A model generated the notes under the pieces. The model worked only from the letters and a program-made list of their open reading frames with translations. It was not told the DNA's origin and did not search any database. Positions 1 through 8,100 of a stretch of 64,000 bases of DNA are shown here, piece by piece. The translations under genes were made by a program, and so were the position numbers. Numbering within the stretch: position 1 is the first letter of the stretch; each line of letters starts with the position of its first letter. The DNA comes from Candidatus Krumholzibacteriota bacterium (GTDB lineage Bacteria > Krumholzibacteriota > Krumholzibacteriia > JAJRXK01): the NCBI GenBank assembly GCA_963764625.1, contig CAVXTH010000006.1, positions 672,001-736,000 on the forward strand, in the 5' to 3' direction.

Positions 1-1741
1 AGCCCGTCGAGCGGACCTCAATCTCGAAGCGATCACCAAGTTCCTTTCTGAACCAGAGGCCGATCGGCATCACGAATCCCTGTTTGCGTTCGGTCAAGAC
101 GGATTCGGGCAGCCACTTTCGAGCCGCGGCACGCAGCAGTTCCTTTCGACGCCCACCCATCATCCGTTGCTCCAGAGGAACACGAAAGGCGGCCTCGAGG
201 AGTTCATGGTCCAGTAGCGGTACCCTGGTTTCTAGGGACACCTGCATGCTGGCCCGATCTACTTTCTGAAGAATATCATCTGGCAGGTAGGTCTCGACGT
301 CGAGCCGGAGAAGTCTCTCGACCGGATCGCCCGGTGCTTCTTGGTAGATCTTTCGGTATAGATCGTAAGGCCTGAAGTCCTCGAGAGCGTGCTGAATCTC
401 CGGGCGCAGGATGCCACGCCATTCGTCAGAAGGGAATACGGAGACCATGTCGAGGTAGCGGTCGATGAAGGACAGAGCTGCTCTTTGGAGCATTCCCTTG
501 CCGAGCCGATTGGAGGGCCAGGATCTCGCGAGATATCCGAACGCGGGTCTTCTAAGAAGCGTGGGAATCCGGTCGAAGATACGCGAGCGCTCCATGCGAG
601 TGTAACGGGTGTATCCACCGAATCCCTCATCTCCACCGTCTCCACTCAAAGTGACTTTCACGGCGCTGCGCGCCATCTTGCTCACGTAGTAAGTTGGAAT
701 GATGGAATTGTCTGCCAGGAAATCATCCAGATTCGGGCATATCTGATCGACGGAGGAGATCGCGGAGAGTTCAACCACCTGCTCATGATGCCTTGTGTGA
801 ACGTGATCGGCGACAGCCCTGGCATACGCCCGCTCGTCGCTTCCATGCTCCTGGAAACCGATCGTAAAGGTGTCGAGAGCCGTCTCGATGCACTCGGAGA
901 GAGCTCCCACGACGAGGCTCGAATCGAGTCCGCCGCTGAGGAAGGCCCCAAGGGGGGCGTCGCTCATCTTTCGATATCGAACGGAGGTGTGAATGCGATC
1001 GCGGATGAGATCGACGCTGTCTGCGAAAGTGTGCGTGCTGCCCTCCGAGCTGTAATCATTCAGAGTCCAGTAGCGCTGAATCTCAGGGGTTGGATGCTTC
1101 TCGGCCAGTCTGAATCGGAGGAAATGGCCTGGAAGGAGTCGCCGAATGCCGGTAAACGGCGTGTAGTCGCGCGGCGTGTAGCCCATGCAAAAGTAGTAGC
1201 CCAGACTCTCGAGATCGATCTGACCACCGATTGAGGGAACACAGAGGAGCGCTTTGATCTCACTGGCAAAAGCCAGTCCTCCTGGAAGGACCGCATAGTA
1301 CAAGGGCTTGATGCCTACCCGGTCACGAGCGAGGAAGAGCTCTTGGCGCGAATGGTCCCAGATGCCGAAGGCAAACATCCCGTTCAGCCGCTCGAGCATC
1401 GCGGGGCCGTGCGATTCCCAAAGATGGAGCAGGACCTCGGTATCGGTTTTCGAGCGAAACCGGCTGCCCGTAGTCTCGAGGACCGAGCGAAGTTCTGCAT
1501 GGTTGTACACTTCGCCGTTGTAGGTGATCCAAGTCCTCTCATCGGTACCGTTCATCGGCTGATGCCCGGCCTTGCTGAGATCGATGATGCTGAGGCGACA
1601 ATGGCCGAGTCCGACCCCGGCGTCGGTCCAAACTCCATCGTCATCTGGACCACGGTGCTTGATTCGGTCGATCATGCCAGCAACTAGATCCCTGGAGACC
1701 TCCCGCCTGTCCGTATAGACCACGCCGGCAATGCCACACAT
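1..1741 (-). CDS. asnB: Asparagine synthase (glutamine-hydrolysing)-like amidotransferase, runs off the left edge
   Basis: Absent from the ORF track because no stop lies in the window. The reverse complement starts ATG at 1741 = MCGIAGV (Ntn Cys1). The in-frame C-terminal part reads DVETYLPDDILQKVDRASMQVSLETRVPLLDH...KQGF. Confidence 0.92.
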   Translation of the reverse strand, partial: MCGIAGVVYTDRREVSRDLVAGMIDRIKHRGPDDDGVWTDAGVGLGHCRLSIIDLSKAGHQPMNGTDERTWITYNGEVYNHAELRSVLETTGSRFRSKTDTEVLLHLWESHGPAMLERLNGMFAFGIWDHSRQELFLARDRVGIKPLYYAVLPGGLAFASEIKALLCVPSIGGQIDLESLGYYFCMGYTPRDYTPFTGIRRLLPGHFLRFRLAEKHPTPEIQRYWTLNDYSSEGSTHTFADSVDLIRDRIHTSVRYRKMSDAPLGAFLSGGLDSSLVVGALSECIETALDTFTIGFQEHGSDERAYARAVADHVHTRHHEQVVELSAISSVDQICPNLDDFLADNSIIPTYYVSKMARSAVKVTLSGDGGDEGFGGYTRYTRMERSRIFDRIPTLLRRPAFGYLARSWPSNRLGKGMLQRAALSFIDRYLDMVSVFPSDEWRGILRPEIQHALEDFRPYDLYRKIYQEAPGDPVERLLRLDVETYLPDDILQKVDRASMQVSLETRVPLLDHELLEAAFRVPLEQRMMGGRRKELLRAAARKWLPESVLTERKQGFVMPIGLWFRKELGDRFEIEVRSTG

Positions 1742-1977
1742 AATTCGGGAACGCTCCTCGTTCTGGTCCTGTCCAACTCCGTTGAGCCCAATGGCACGGG
1801 GGATGGCGAGGAACCTAACACAGTCGCTTCTCCCGGGGAACCACACAGAGCGTCCTAGGGGTCTGGAAATGTGGGGTGTACGGCCTCTGACGGTGTGGTA
1901 AAGTAATACATTCCTGGGCTCAGAAGCGTGGCACGGGCTCGAGTCTCTCTCACTCTGACTTTTGGATTCGTCACTCC

Positions 1978-3843
1978 ATGTGCGGAATTGCTGGGCGCTA
2001 TCTGACAGCCTCTGTCGAGCGAGATCCCGGAGCGGAAGAGACTCTTCTTCAGAAGATGTCCCAAGCCCTCAAACATCGTGGACCGGACGATTCTGGAGTC
2101 GCGTGGAACAGGGGAGTGGGACTTGCGTTCGCGCGGCTCTCCATCATCGATCTGAGTGGTGGCCATCAGCCGATGGAGTATGCAGATGGCCGCTATGCGA
2201 TCGTATTCAACGGTGAGATCTACAATTTCGAGCAGCTGAGGCGAGAACTCGAGGGCATGGGCTTCAGGTTTGCGACGAACAGCGACACCGAAGTACTTCT
2301 GGCTCTCTATGCAAAGCACGGTCGACAACTCTTGGACCGGCTCAACGGGATGTTCGCATTCGCAATTCACGATCGCGGCACCGGAGAGATCTTCCTGGCT
2401 CGTGATCGCCTGGGAATCAAGCCTCTGTACTACTCCCTGGGCCCGGCGGGCCTCTTCTTTTCCAGCGAAGTGAAGGCCCTGAGACTCTGTCCAGAAATCT
2501 CCCTGGAGCTGGATCCTCAAGCCCTGAGGGAGTATCTGAGCTACGGTCACATTCCTGCCCCCGGAACGGTTTATCGTTCCGTCCGAACTCTCCCGCCCGG
2601 TCACTGGCTGGTCTTCGACGGAAGTAGCTTCAAGATGGAGCGGTATTGGAGAGTCACTGCCAAGAGTTCACCCCATCGTTCACTTGCCGAGGCATCGGAG
2701 AGCCTATTCGAGCTACTCAAGGACTCAGTTCGACTCAGAATGATCTCCGATGTTCCGCTTGGAGCGTTTCTGAGTGGGGGCATAGATTCTGGATTGATCT
2801 CCAGTGTCATGAGTTTGCTCTCCGAGCGTCCGGTGCGAACCTTCAGCGTCGGCTTTGCGGAGGCAGATTTCGACGAAAGGGAAGCCGCGAGGAGAGTCGC
2901 GAGCAAGTATGGGACGGACCATCAGGAAATCGTCTGCACCGACGACATGCGAGACTTGGTGCCCATGATCGCGACCGCGTTTGATCAACCCTTCGCCGAC
3001 TCGTCTGCCCTGCCAACGTACCTCGTATGCCGTGAAGCTCGAAAATACGCGACGGTCGTTCTCTCGGGGGACGGCGGTGATGAGTGTTTCGCCGGATACA
3101 ATCGCCACAGCGTGTTCGCAGAGGGGGCAGGGGAACACGGTTTCAATCCGCTGCTGAAATGGGGCGCAGGGAAGTTGGCGGCACTGGTAGATCCCCTGAG
3201 TCGGGGTGCGCAGAGGCTTAACCGGGCGAGTCTCAACACTTCAGAATTACAACTCGATGGATTGACGCTCATCGATGGGCGGGTGAGGAATCGCCTTGCA
3301 GGTGATCGCCTGAGGAGAATCGGTCGTAGCAAAGAGTTTAGGGACCGATGGCTGGAGGAACAAGGTCGAGGGAATGCGGATCGTCTGCAAGCGATGCAGC
3401 TTCTCGAGTTCGAACTCTACCTGCCTGGTGACATTCTCGAGAAGGTTGACAAGATGAGCATGCTCAATTCTCTCGAGGTGCGAGTACCCTTCCTCGACCA
3501 TCGGATCGTGGAGTTCGGCCTATCCTTGTCCAGTGGCTTGAAGAACGATGGTCAGCGGGGAAAACTGATTCTGCGGGAGCTGGGGAAGACGCTTCTCCCC
3601 GCGGGGCATCTGGAGCGTCCCAAGGTGGGCTTTGCCATCCCCATCGACGAATGGATGCGCTCTGGATTGAGAGAATTGGTACAGGACAACTTGAGGCCTT
3701 CCCGCGTAGCCGAGGATGGATGGTTGAATCAGAGGATCGTCGACAAGATCATCGACCTGCAGAGGAGAGGCCGCCCTTGGGGTCCAGTGGTATGGACTCT
3801 GCTAGTCTTGGAGCTTTGGTATCGTTCGGTATCGAGCAATTAG
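1978..3843 (+). CDS. asnB: Asparagine synthase (glutamine-hydrolysing)-like amidotransferase
   Basis: MCGIAG start; HRGPD, RLSIID, FNGEIYNF, LSGGIDS, SGDGGDE, KVDKMSM and RVPFLDH motifs. Confidence 0.95.
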   Translation: MCGIAGRYLTASVERDPGAEETLLQKMSQALKHRGPDDSGVAWNRGVGLAFARLSIIDLSGGHQPMEYADGRYAIVFNGEIYNFEQLRRELEGMGFRFATNSDTEVLLALYAKHGRQLLDRLNGMFAFAIHDRGTGEIFLARDRLGIKPLYYSLGPAGLFFSSEVKALRLCPEISLELDPQALREYLSYGHIPAPGTVYRSVRTLPPGHWLVFDGSSFKMERYWRVTAKSSPHRSLAEASESLFELLKDSVRLRMISDVPLGAFLSGGIDSGLISSVMSLLSERPVRTFSVGFAEADFDEREAARRVASKYGTDHQEIVCTDDMRDLVPMIATAFDQPFADSSALPTYLVCREARKYATVVLSGDGGDECFAGYNRHSVFAEGAGEHGFNPLLKWGAGKLAALVDPLSRGAQRLNRASLNTSELQLDGLTLIDGRVRNRLAGDRLRRIGRSKEFRDRWLEEQGRGNADRLQAMQLLEFELYLPGDILEKVDKMSMLNSLEVRVPFLDHRIVEFGLSLSSGLKNDGQRGKLILRELGKTLLPAGHLERPKVGFAIPIDEWMRSGLRELVQDNLRPSRVAEDGWLNQRIVDKIIDLQRRGRPWGPVVWTLLVLELWYRSVSSN

Positions 3844-3861
3844 AGTCATCAGGCGAGGACG

Positions 3862-4437
3862 ATGATGGGATTCAGAGATTGTTTCACGTTGGATCTCATG
3901 GCGAGGCAACCCAGATCGTATGGCTTCCGGGAATTGCTCCGGCGTCTGATCTACGAGCCGGGTTACCGGGTTGTGGTCTACTATCGCCTGTCTCAATGGT
4001 TTCTCTGCCTGCGGTGGCTGGGCCACCTGGGAAAGATGGCCTCTCAACTCATTCTGGTGCGAATCTCTAGAGTTCCAGGCGTGGAGATCAGAACTCCCGT
4101 ACCGATTGGTGAGGGGCTGCTCATTTACCACCCGCATGACGTCGTCATCGGTTCTGGGGCAAGGGTCGGTCGCAACGCAACGATCTACAACGGGGTTACT
4201 CTAGGCGCCAGGACTCGCATCGCCTTGGACGAAAACAAGGACGTTTCGAGTCGGTATCCGACGCTCGAGGACGACGTCACCGTATTTCCCGGGGCGAAAC
4301 TCGTAGGGCCAATCGTGATTGGAAAGGGCTCCATTGTCGCAGCGAATGCCGTCGTGACAGAGAGCTTTCCTCCGGGCAGTATCATCGGGGGAATACCCGC
4401 GAGGCTCCTCAAATCACTTGACCCGGAAGAGACGTAG
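3862..4437 (+). CDS. Serine O-acetyltransferase-like hexapeptide-repeat acetyltransferase (probably acts on a sugar or glycan)
   Basis: Hexapeptide repeats (IGEGLLIYHPHDVVIGSGARVGRNATIYNGVTLG...IGKGSIVAANAVV), GIPAR C-terminus; glycan-locus context. Confidence 0.85.
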   Translation: MMGFRDCFTLDLMARQPRSYGFRELLRRLIYEPGYRVVVYYRLSQWFLCLRWLGHLGKMASQLILVRISRVPGVEIRTPVPIGEGLLIYHPHDVVIGSGARVGRNATIYNGVTLGARTRIALDENKDVSSRYPTLEDDVTVFPGAKLVGPIVIGKGSIVAANAVVTESFPPGSIIGGIPARLLKSLDPEET

Positions 4438-4476
4438 TCGCACGTCCGGCCAACTCCATTCACGCTGCACATTTCC

Positions 4477-4509
4477 TTGACCAGGGGGACGCAGGGAATA
4501 TGCTACAAT
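4477..4509 (+). promoter_or_regulatory. Putative sigma-70 promoter for the murB-murA-flippase operon
   Basis: TTGACC at 4477 and extended -10 TGCTACAAT at 4501-4509; GAGG SD before ATG 4535. Confidence 0.55.
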
Positions 4510-4534
4510 TTGGTATCCATCGAGGTACAAGAGC

Positions 4535-5461
4535 ATGCAGCGGTCAGAGCTAGAACTTCCGGGTGGTCAGACGATTCGTCAAGGTCAGCCGTTGGCGCCA
4601 TATACCACCTTTGGCATTGGCGGGCCGGCCGAGTGCCTCGTAGTCCCGGAAACGCTAGAGCAGTTTGCGGAGGCCTTGGCGTGGTCCAGAGAGCGAGGAA
4701 TATCTCTCACTCTGCTGGGTGGTGGCAGCAACGTTCTGATTGCGGATGAGGGTATCCCGGGGTTGACCATCCTGACCCGTCGTTTCAAAGCAATTCACCA
4801 GGTGTCCGAGGATACTCTTGACTGCGAGTGTGGTTGCTTTCTTCCCCATCTATCGCGCTTCGCGGAACGACTTGGCAGAGCTGGTTGGGAATTCATGGCT
4901 GCGATTCCCGGCACCGTAGGGGCAGCGGTACGGATCAACGCAGGATTGGGAAGTGGGGGCGAAATGGCCGACTGGCTCATCGGTGTCGAAGCGTTAGATC
5001 GCTCTGGAAGCAGACATGAGTTTTCCAAAGAGGATCTCGAATATGGCTACCGCCATTCGCTGCTACTTGGTCGAAGCGACCTCTTCGTCGTACAGGCCAG
5101 GCTGAAGTTGGGAAAAGAGGATTCTCCGGAGGGCATCGAGAAGAGGACAGTGGAACTACTGGCCCGGCGAAAGAGAAAAGCCCCGAAAAACCCCAGAAAT
5201 TGTGGAAGTGTCTTTCGAAAGACCGAAGATGGCATCCCCGCGGGACTCTTAATCGAGAAAGCGGGTTACAAGGGGCATCGAATGGGCCGGTGCCAGGTAT
5301 CCTCCGAGCACGCAAACTGGGTCGTGAACTTGGGGGGAGCAACCGCCGATGAAGTCAAGGCGTTGATTGCCGAGGTATCACGTGCGGTGGAGGAGGAACA
5401 CGGCGTTAGACTCCGTCGCGAAGTCGTGTACCTTCCAGAGGATCGCAAAGGAGACTCATGA
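4535..5461 (+). CDS. murB: UDP-N-acetylenolpyruvoylglucosamine reductase family (MurB paralog in a glycan locus)
   Basis: YTTFGIGGPA, LGGGSNVL, IPGTVGAAVRINAG, YGYRHS, GSVF, HANW and LRREV motifs. Confidence 0.9.
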   Translation: MQRSELELPGGQTIRQGQPLAPYTTFGIGGPAECLVVPETLEQFAEALAWSRERGISLTLLGGGSNVLIADEGIPGLTILTRRFKAIHQVSEDTLDCECGCFLPHLSRFAERLGRAGWEFMAAIPGTVGAAVRINAGLGSGGEMADWLIGVEALDRSGSRHEFSKEDLEYGYRHSLLLGRSDLFVVQARLKLGKEDSPEGIEKRTVELLARRKRKAPKNPRNCGSVFRKTEDGIPAGLLIEKAGYKGHRMGRCQVSSEHANWVVNLGGATADEVKALIAEVSRAVEEEHGVRLRREVVYLPEDRKGDS

Positions 5462-6753
5462 GCGAAGCGTCGCCAGACTACCAAATCGTCGTCGAGCCCT
5501 CGCGCTTGGAAGGCGTGGTCGAACTCAGCGGTGCCAAGAACAGCGCGCTGAAATTGGTCGCCGCCTCGATCCTTACCGATGAGGCGCTTCATCTCGAGGG
5601 TTTCCCGTCCAAGCTTACCGACGTGAATGTGATGCTCGACATGGTCGGCACGCTCGGTAAGGAGGTGGCGAGAGGCGAGAAGACAGTGGGAATCCACGGA
5701 GTCTGCTCGAGTACTTCCATCGAGCCTCAGGCCAGATCTGTCCGCACGAGTTTGCTGCTTCTTGCTGCCCTCATTGCCCGCTACGGAGAGGGCGCGGTCC
5801 CCGTACCGGGAGGATGTCAGATCGGGGAACGAAAGTACGATCTCCATCAATTGGTGCTGGAGAGTCTTGGGGCCCGAATCTGGGAGGAGAATGGGCTGCT
5901 CTTGGGTTCCTCGAAGGGCCGCTTGAAAGGGGAGTCGATTCGTCTGCCGATACGTTCGACGGGCGCGACTGAAAGCGCATTGCTTGCCGGCTCCATCGCA
6001 GAGGGCACGACGACGATCTGGAACCCACATGTACGTCCCGAGGTCCTCGATCTCGTCTCTCTGCTCGAGAAGATGGGAGCACACATTCGTGTTTACGGCC
6101 AAGAGAGAATCGAGATTGAGGGCGTGGAGGGCCTTTACGGGGCTCGGCATCGCGTCATCGTCGACAACATGGAGGCGTTCACCTTCTTGGTAGCGGCAGC
6201 GGTGACCGATGGACACGTCGAAATCCTGGGATTTCCGACCCGTGACCTGGAAGTTCCTCTCATTTTCGCACGTGCCGCCGGGGTTCATCTCTACCAAGGT
6301 CGTGCGTCGCTCATCGTCAGCGGTGGTGAGCACTGGCCGGTGGAGATCAGTACCGGCCCCTATCCGGGGATCAATAGCGACATGCAGCCTCTTTTCGCCG
6401 TTCTTGGCTCGTGCGCCGTAGGGGAGAGCCGGATCACAGACCTTCGCTTTCCGGATCGCTTCGGATACGTTGCCGAACTCAAGCGCTTCGGTGGAGAGTA
6501 CAAAGTCGAAGGAAACCTCCTCACGATCAAAGGTGGAGCGGCACGAACTGGCGCTACGGTACGCGCTCTCGATCTGCGGTGTGGAGCGGCTCTGCTCACT
6601 GCGGGGATGGCCGCCAAAGGTGTCACACGGATACTGAATGCCCAGCAGATCGACCGTGGCTACGAGTATATCGTTGGAAAACTGCAAGGTCTCGGAGGAA
6701 TACTCCGCCGAGAGGATAGTACCAGCGAAGATCCGATGATCCTTCGTGACTGA
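5458..6753 (+). CDS. murA: UDP-N-acetylglucosamine 1-carboxyvinyltransferase family (divergent MurA paralog)
   Basis: SGAKNSAL, PGGCQIGER (active-site Cys loop), PGINSDMQ, DLRCGAAL and IDRGYE motifs; ATGA overlap with murB. Confidence 0.9.
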   Translation: MSEASPDYQIVVEPSRLEGVVELSGAKNSALKLVAASILTDEALHLEGFPSKLTDVNVMLDMVGTLGKEVARGEKTVGIHGVCSSTSIEPQARSVRTSLLLLAALIARYGEGAVPVPGGCQIGERKYDLHQLVLESLGARIWEENGLLLGSSKGRLKGESIRLPIRSTGATESALLAGSIAEGTTTIWNPHVRPEVLDLVSLLEKMGAHIRVYGQERIEIEGVEGLYGARHRVIVDNMEAFTFLVAAAVTDGHVEILGFPTRDLEVPLIFARAAGVHLYQGRASLIVSGGEHWPVEISTGPYPGINSDMQPLFAVLGSCAVGESRITDLRFPDRFGYVAELKRFGGEYKVEGNLLTIKGGAARTGATVRALDLRCGAALLTAGMAAKGVTRILNAQQIDRGYEYIVGKLQGLGGILRREDSTSEDPMILRD

Positions 6754-6768
6754 TGCCATGAGGGATTA

Positions 6769-8100
6769 ATGGTGTCGCGAATTCAGCCTTCAGCACTTCG
6801 CCACATTCTCGAGACCCTTGGTACCCAAATAGCGGTACTCGCGCTGGGTGTGGTGAGTGGAGTGATCGTAGCGCGTGTCCTGGGACCGGCTGGCCGAGGG
6901 CGATATGCTCTTCTCATGATGATACCGAGCCTCGCTTTCACGTTCGGCAATCTGGGGTTCGGAAGCGCAGGTACCTATTACCTGAATCGCGGAACCATTC
7001 CTCGGGGCCGCGTGGTCGGGTCCCTCTATTCAGTTGGCGTAGCTCTGGCGTTGGTCAGCGTGACTACGATTCTGGTCCTTCATCCATGGCGGATTTCGAT
7101 TTGGCAGGATATTCCGAGGAGTCAGGTTGTTCTGGCAGTCCTCGTGACGCCGTTTCTCTTCGTCCTGAATTTTTCGAGTCGTATCCTTCTCGGCATCGGA
7201 CGAATCCGCCAGATGAACCTGCTCAAACTGGTGCAGGCGGCATGTGGCGTCGCAGCGGTCGTCATCCTCGTCGGATTACTGAGGCGTGGCGTCACCGGAG
7301 CGGTCATCGCGTTTGCGGCCTCGGGCGTCATCGGCGCCGCATGGGGGCTGACGGCAGGATTGTCGTCGGTGAAGGGGGACCGTTCACCCTCACGTAAGTT
7401 CATCGTGAGGGGGCTGGGATATGGTCTACCGTCGTTCCTGATCCTTTTGGCCAACTATCTCAATCACAACTTCGACGTCCTGCTGGTGAAGCACTATTTG
7501 GACAACTCGAGTGTCGGTCTCTACACCCTCGTAGTCGCCTGGGTCGAGCGGCTCCTCTACTTGCCACAGTCAGTGGGCACGGTTCTGTTTCAACGGGTCG
7601 CCTCGGACGAGAGTAGTGGCGAGCGTCAGCTTGTTCTGAGGAGCGGGCGTCATTCCGTTGCAGTCGTCGCTTTCGGCTCGATCGTTCTCGGTGTGGTGGC
7701 GCATGTCTTGATCGCCGGGCTGTATGGATCTGAATACATCGGCTCCGTCCCTGCGCTCTACAGCTTGCTCCCTGGCGTGGTGATGCTCTCTCTGTTTCAG
7801 ATCTACGCTGTTGCCTTGGCTGCGGATGGATACCCAAAGATCGGGGCGATCGGTTCGGCCGTTTCGTTTGGCGTTAACTATGGCCTGGATACGATCATGA
7901 TTCCGCGCATGGGCATTCTCGGCGCGGGAATCGCGACCTCGGTTTCCTATTCTCTGATGGCCTTCATCGTCCTGTTCGCGTACAAGAAAAGGTACGGTGT
8001 TACTTTCGGGGAAATGGTGTTTCTCCGAAAGACGGAGGCTCAGGAGTCCTTCCGGCGTTTGGTCGCCCATGTCAAAACTCCTGGGCGAGGCAGAAAATGA
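6769..8100 (+). CDS. wzx: Oligosaccharide flippase (Wzx/MATE-like polysaccharide biosynthesis protein)
   Basis: About 12 hydrophobic segments; ARVLGPAGRGRY, VGLY and MGILGAGIATSVSY motifs. Confidence 0.88.
   Translation: MVSRIQPSALRHILETLGTQIAVLALGVVSGVIVARVLGPAGRGRYALLMMIPSLAFTFGNLGFGSAGTYYLNRGTIPRGRVVGSLYSVGVALALVSVTTILVLHPWRISIWQDIPRSQVVLAVLVTPFLFVLNFSSRILLGIGRIRQMNLLKLVQAACGVAAVVILVGLLRRGVTGAVIAFAASGVIGAAWGLTAGLSSVKGDRSPSRKFIVRGLGYGLPSFLILLANYLNHNFDVLLVKHYLDNSSVGLYTLVVAWVERLLYLPQSVGTVLFQRVASDESSGERQLVLRSGRHSVAVVAFGSIVLGVVAHVLIAGLYGSEYIGSVPALYSLLPGVVMLSLFQIYAVALAADGYPKIGAIGSAVSFGVNYGLDTIMIPRMGILGAGIATSVSYSLMAFIVLFAYKKRYGVTFGEMVFLRKTEAQESFRRLVAHVKTPGRGRK

Noticed and set aside
389-1687. 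Plus-strand ORFs 389-1234 and 1343-1687
   Set aside because: They are antisense shadows of the minus-strand asnB that the ORF track missed.
1792-1945. Two TGGCACGGG copies between the asnB genes as sigma54 promoters
   Set aside because: No TTGC-like -12 element at the required spacing.
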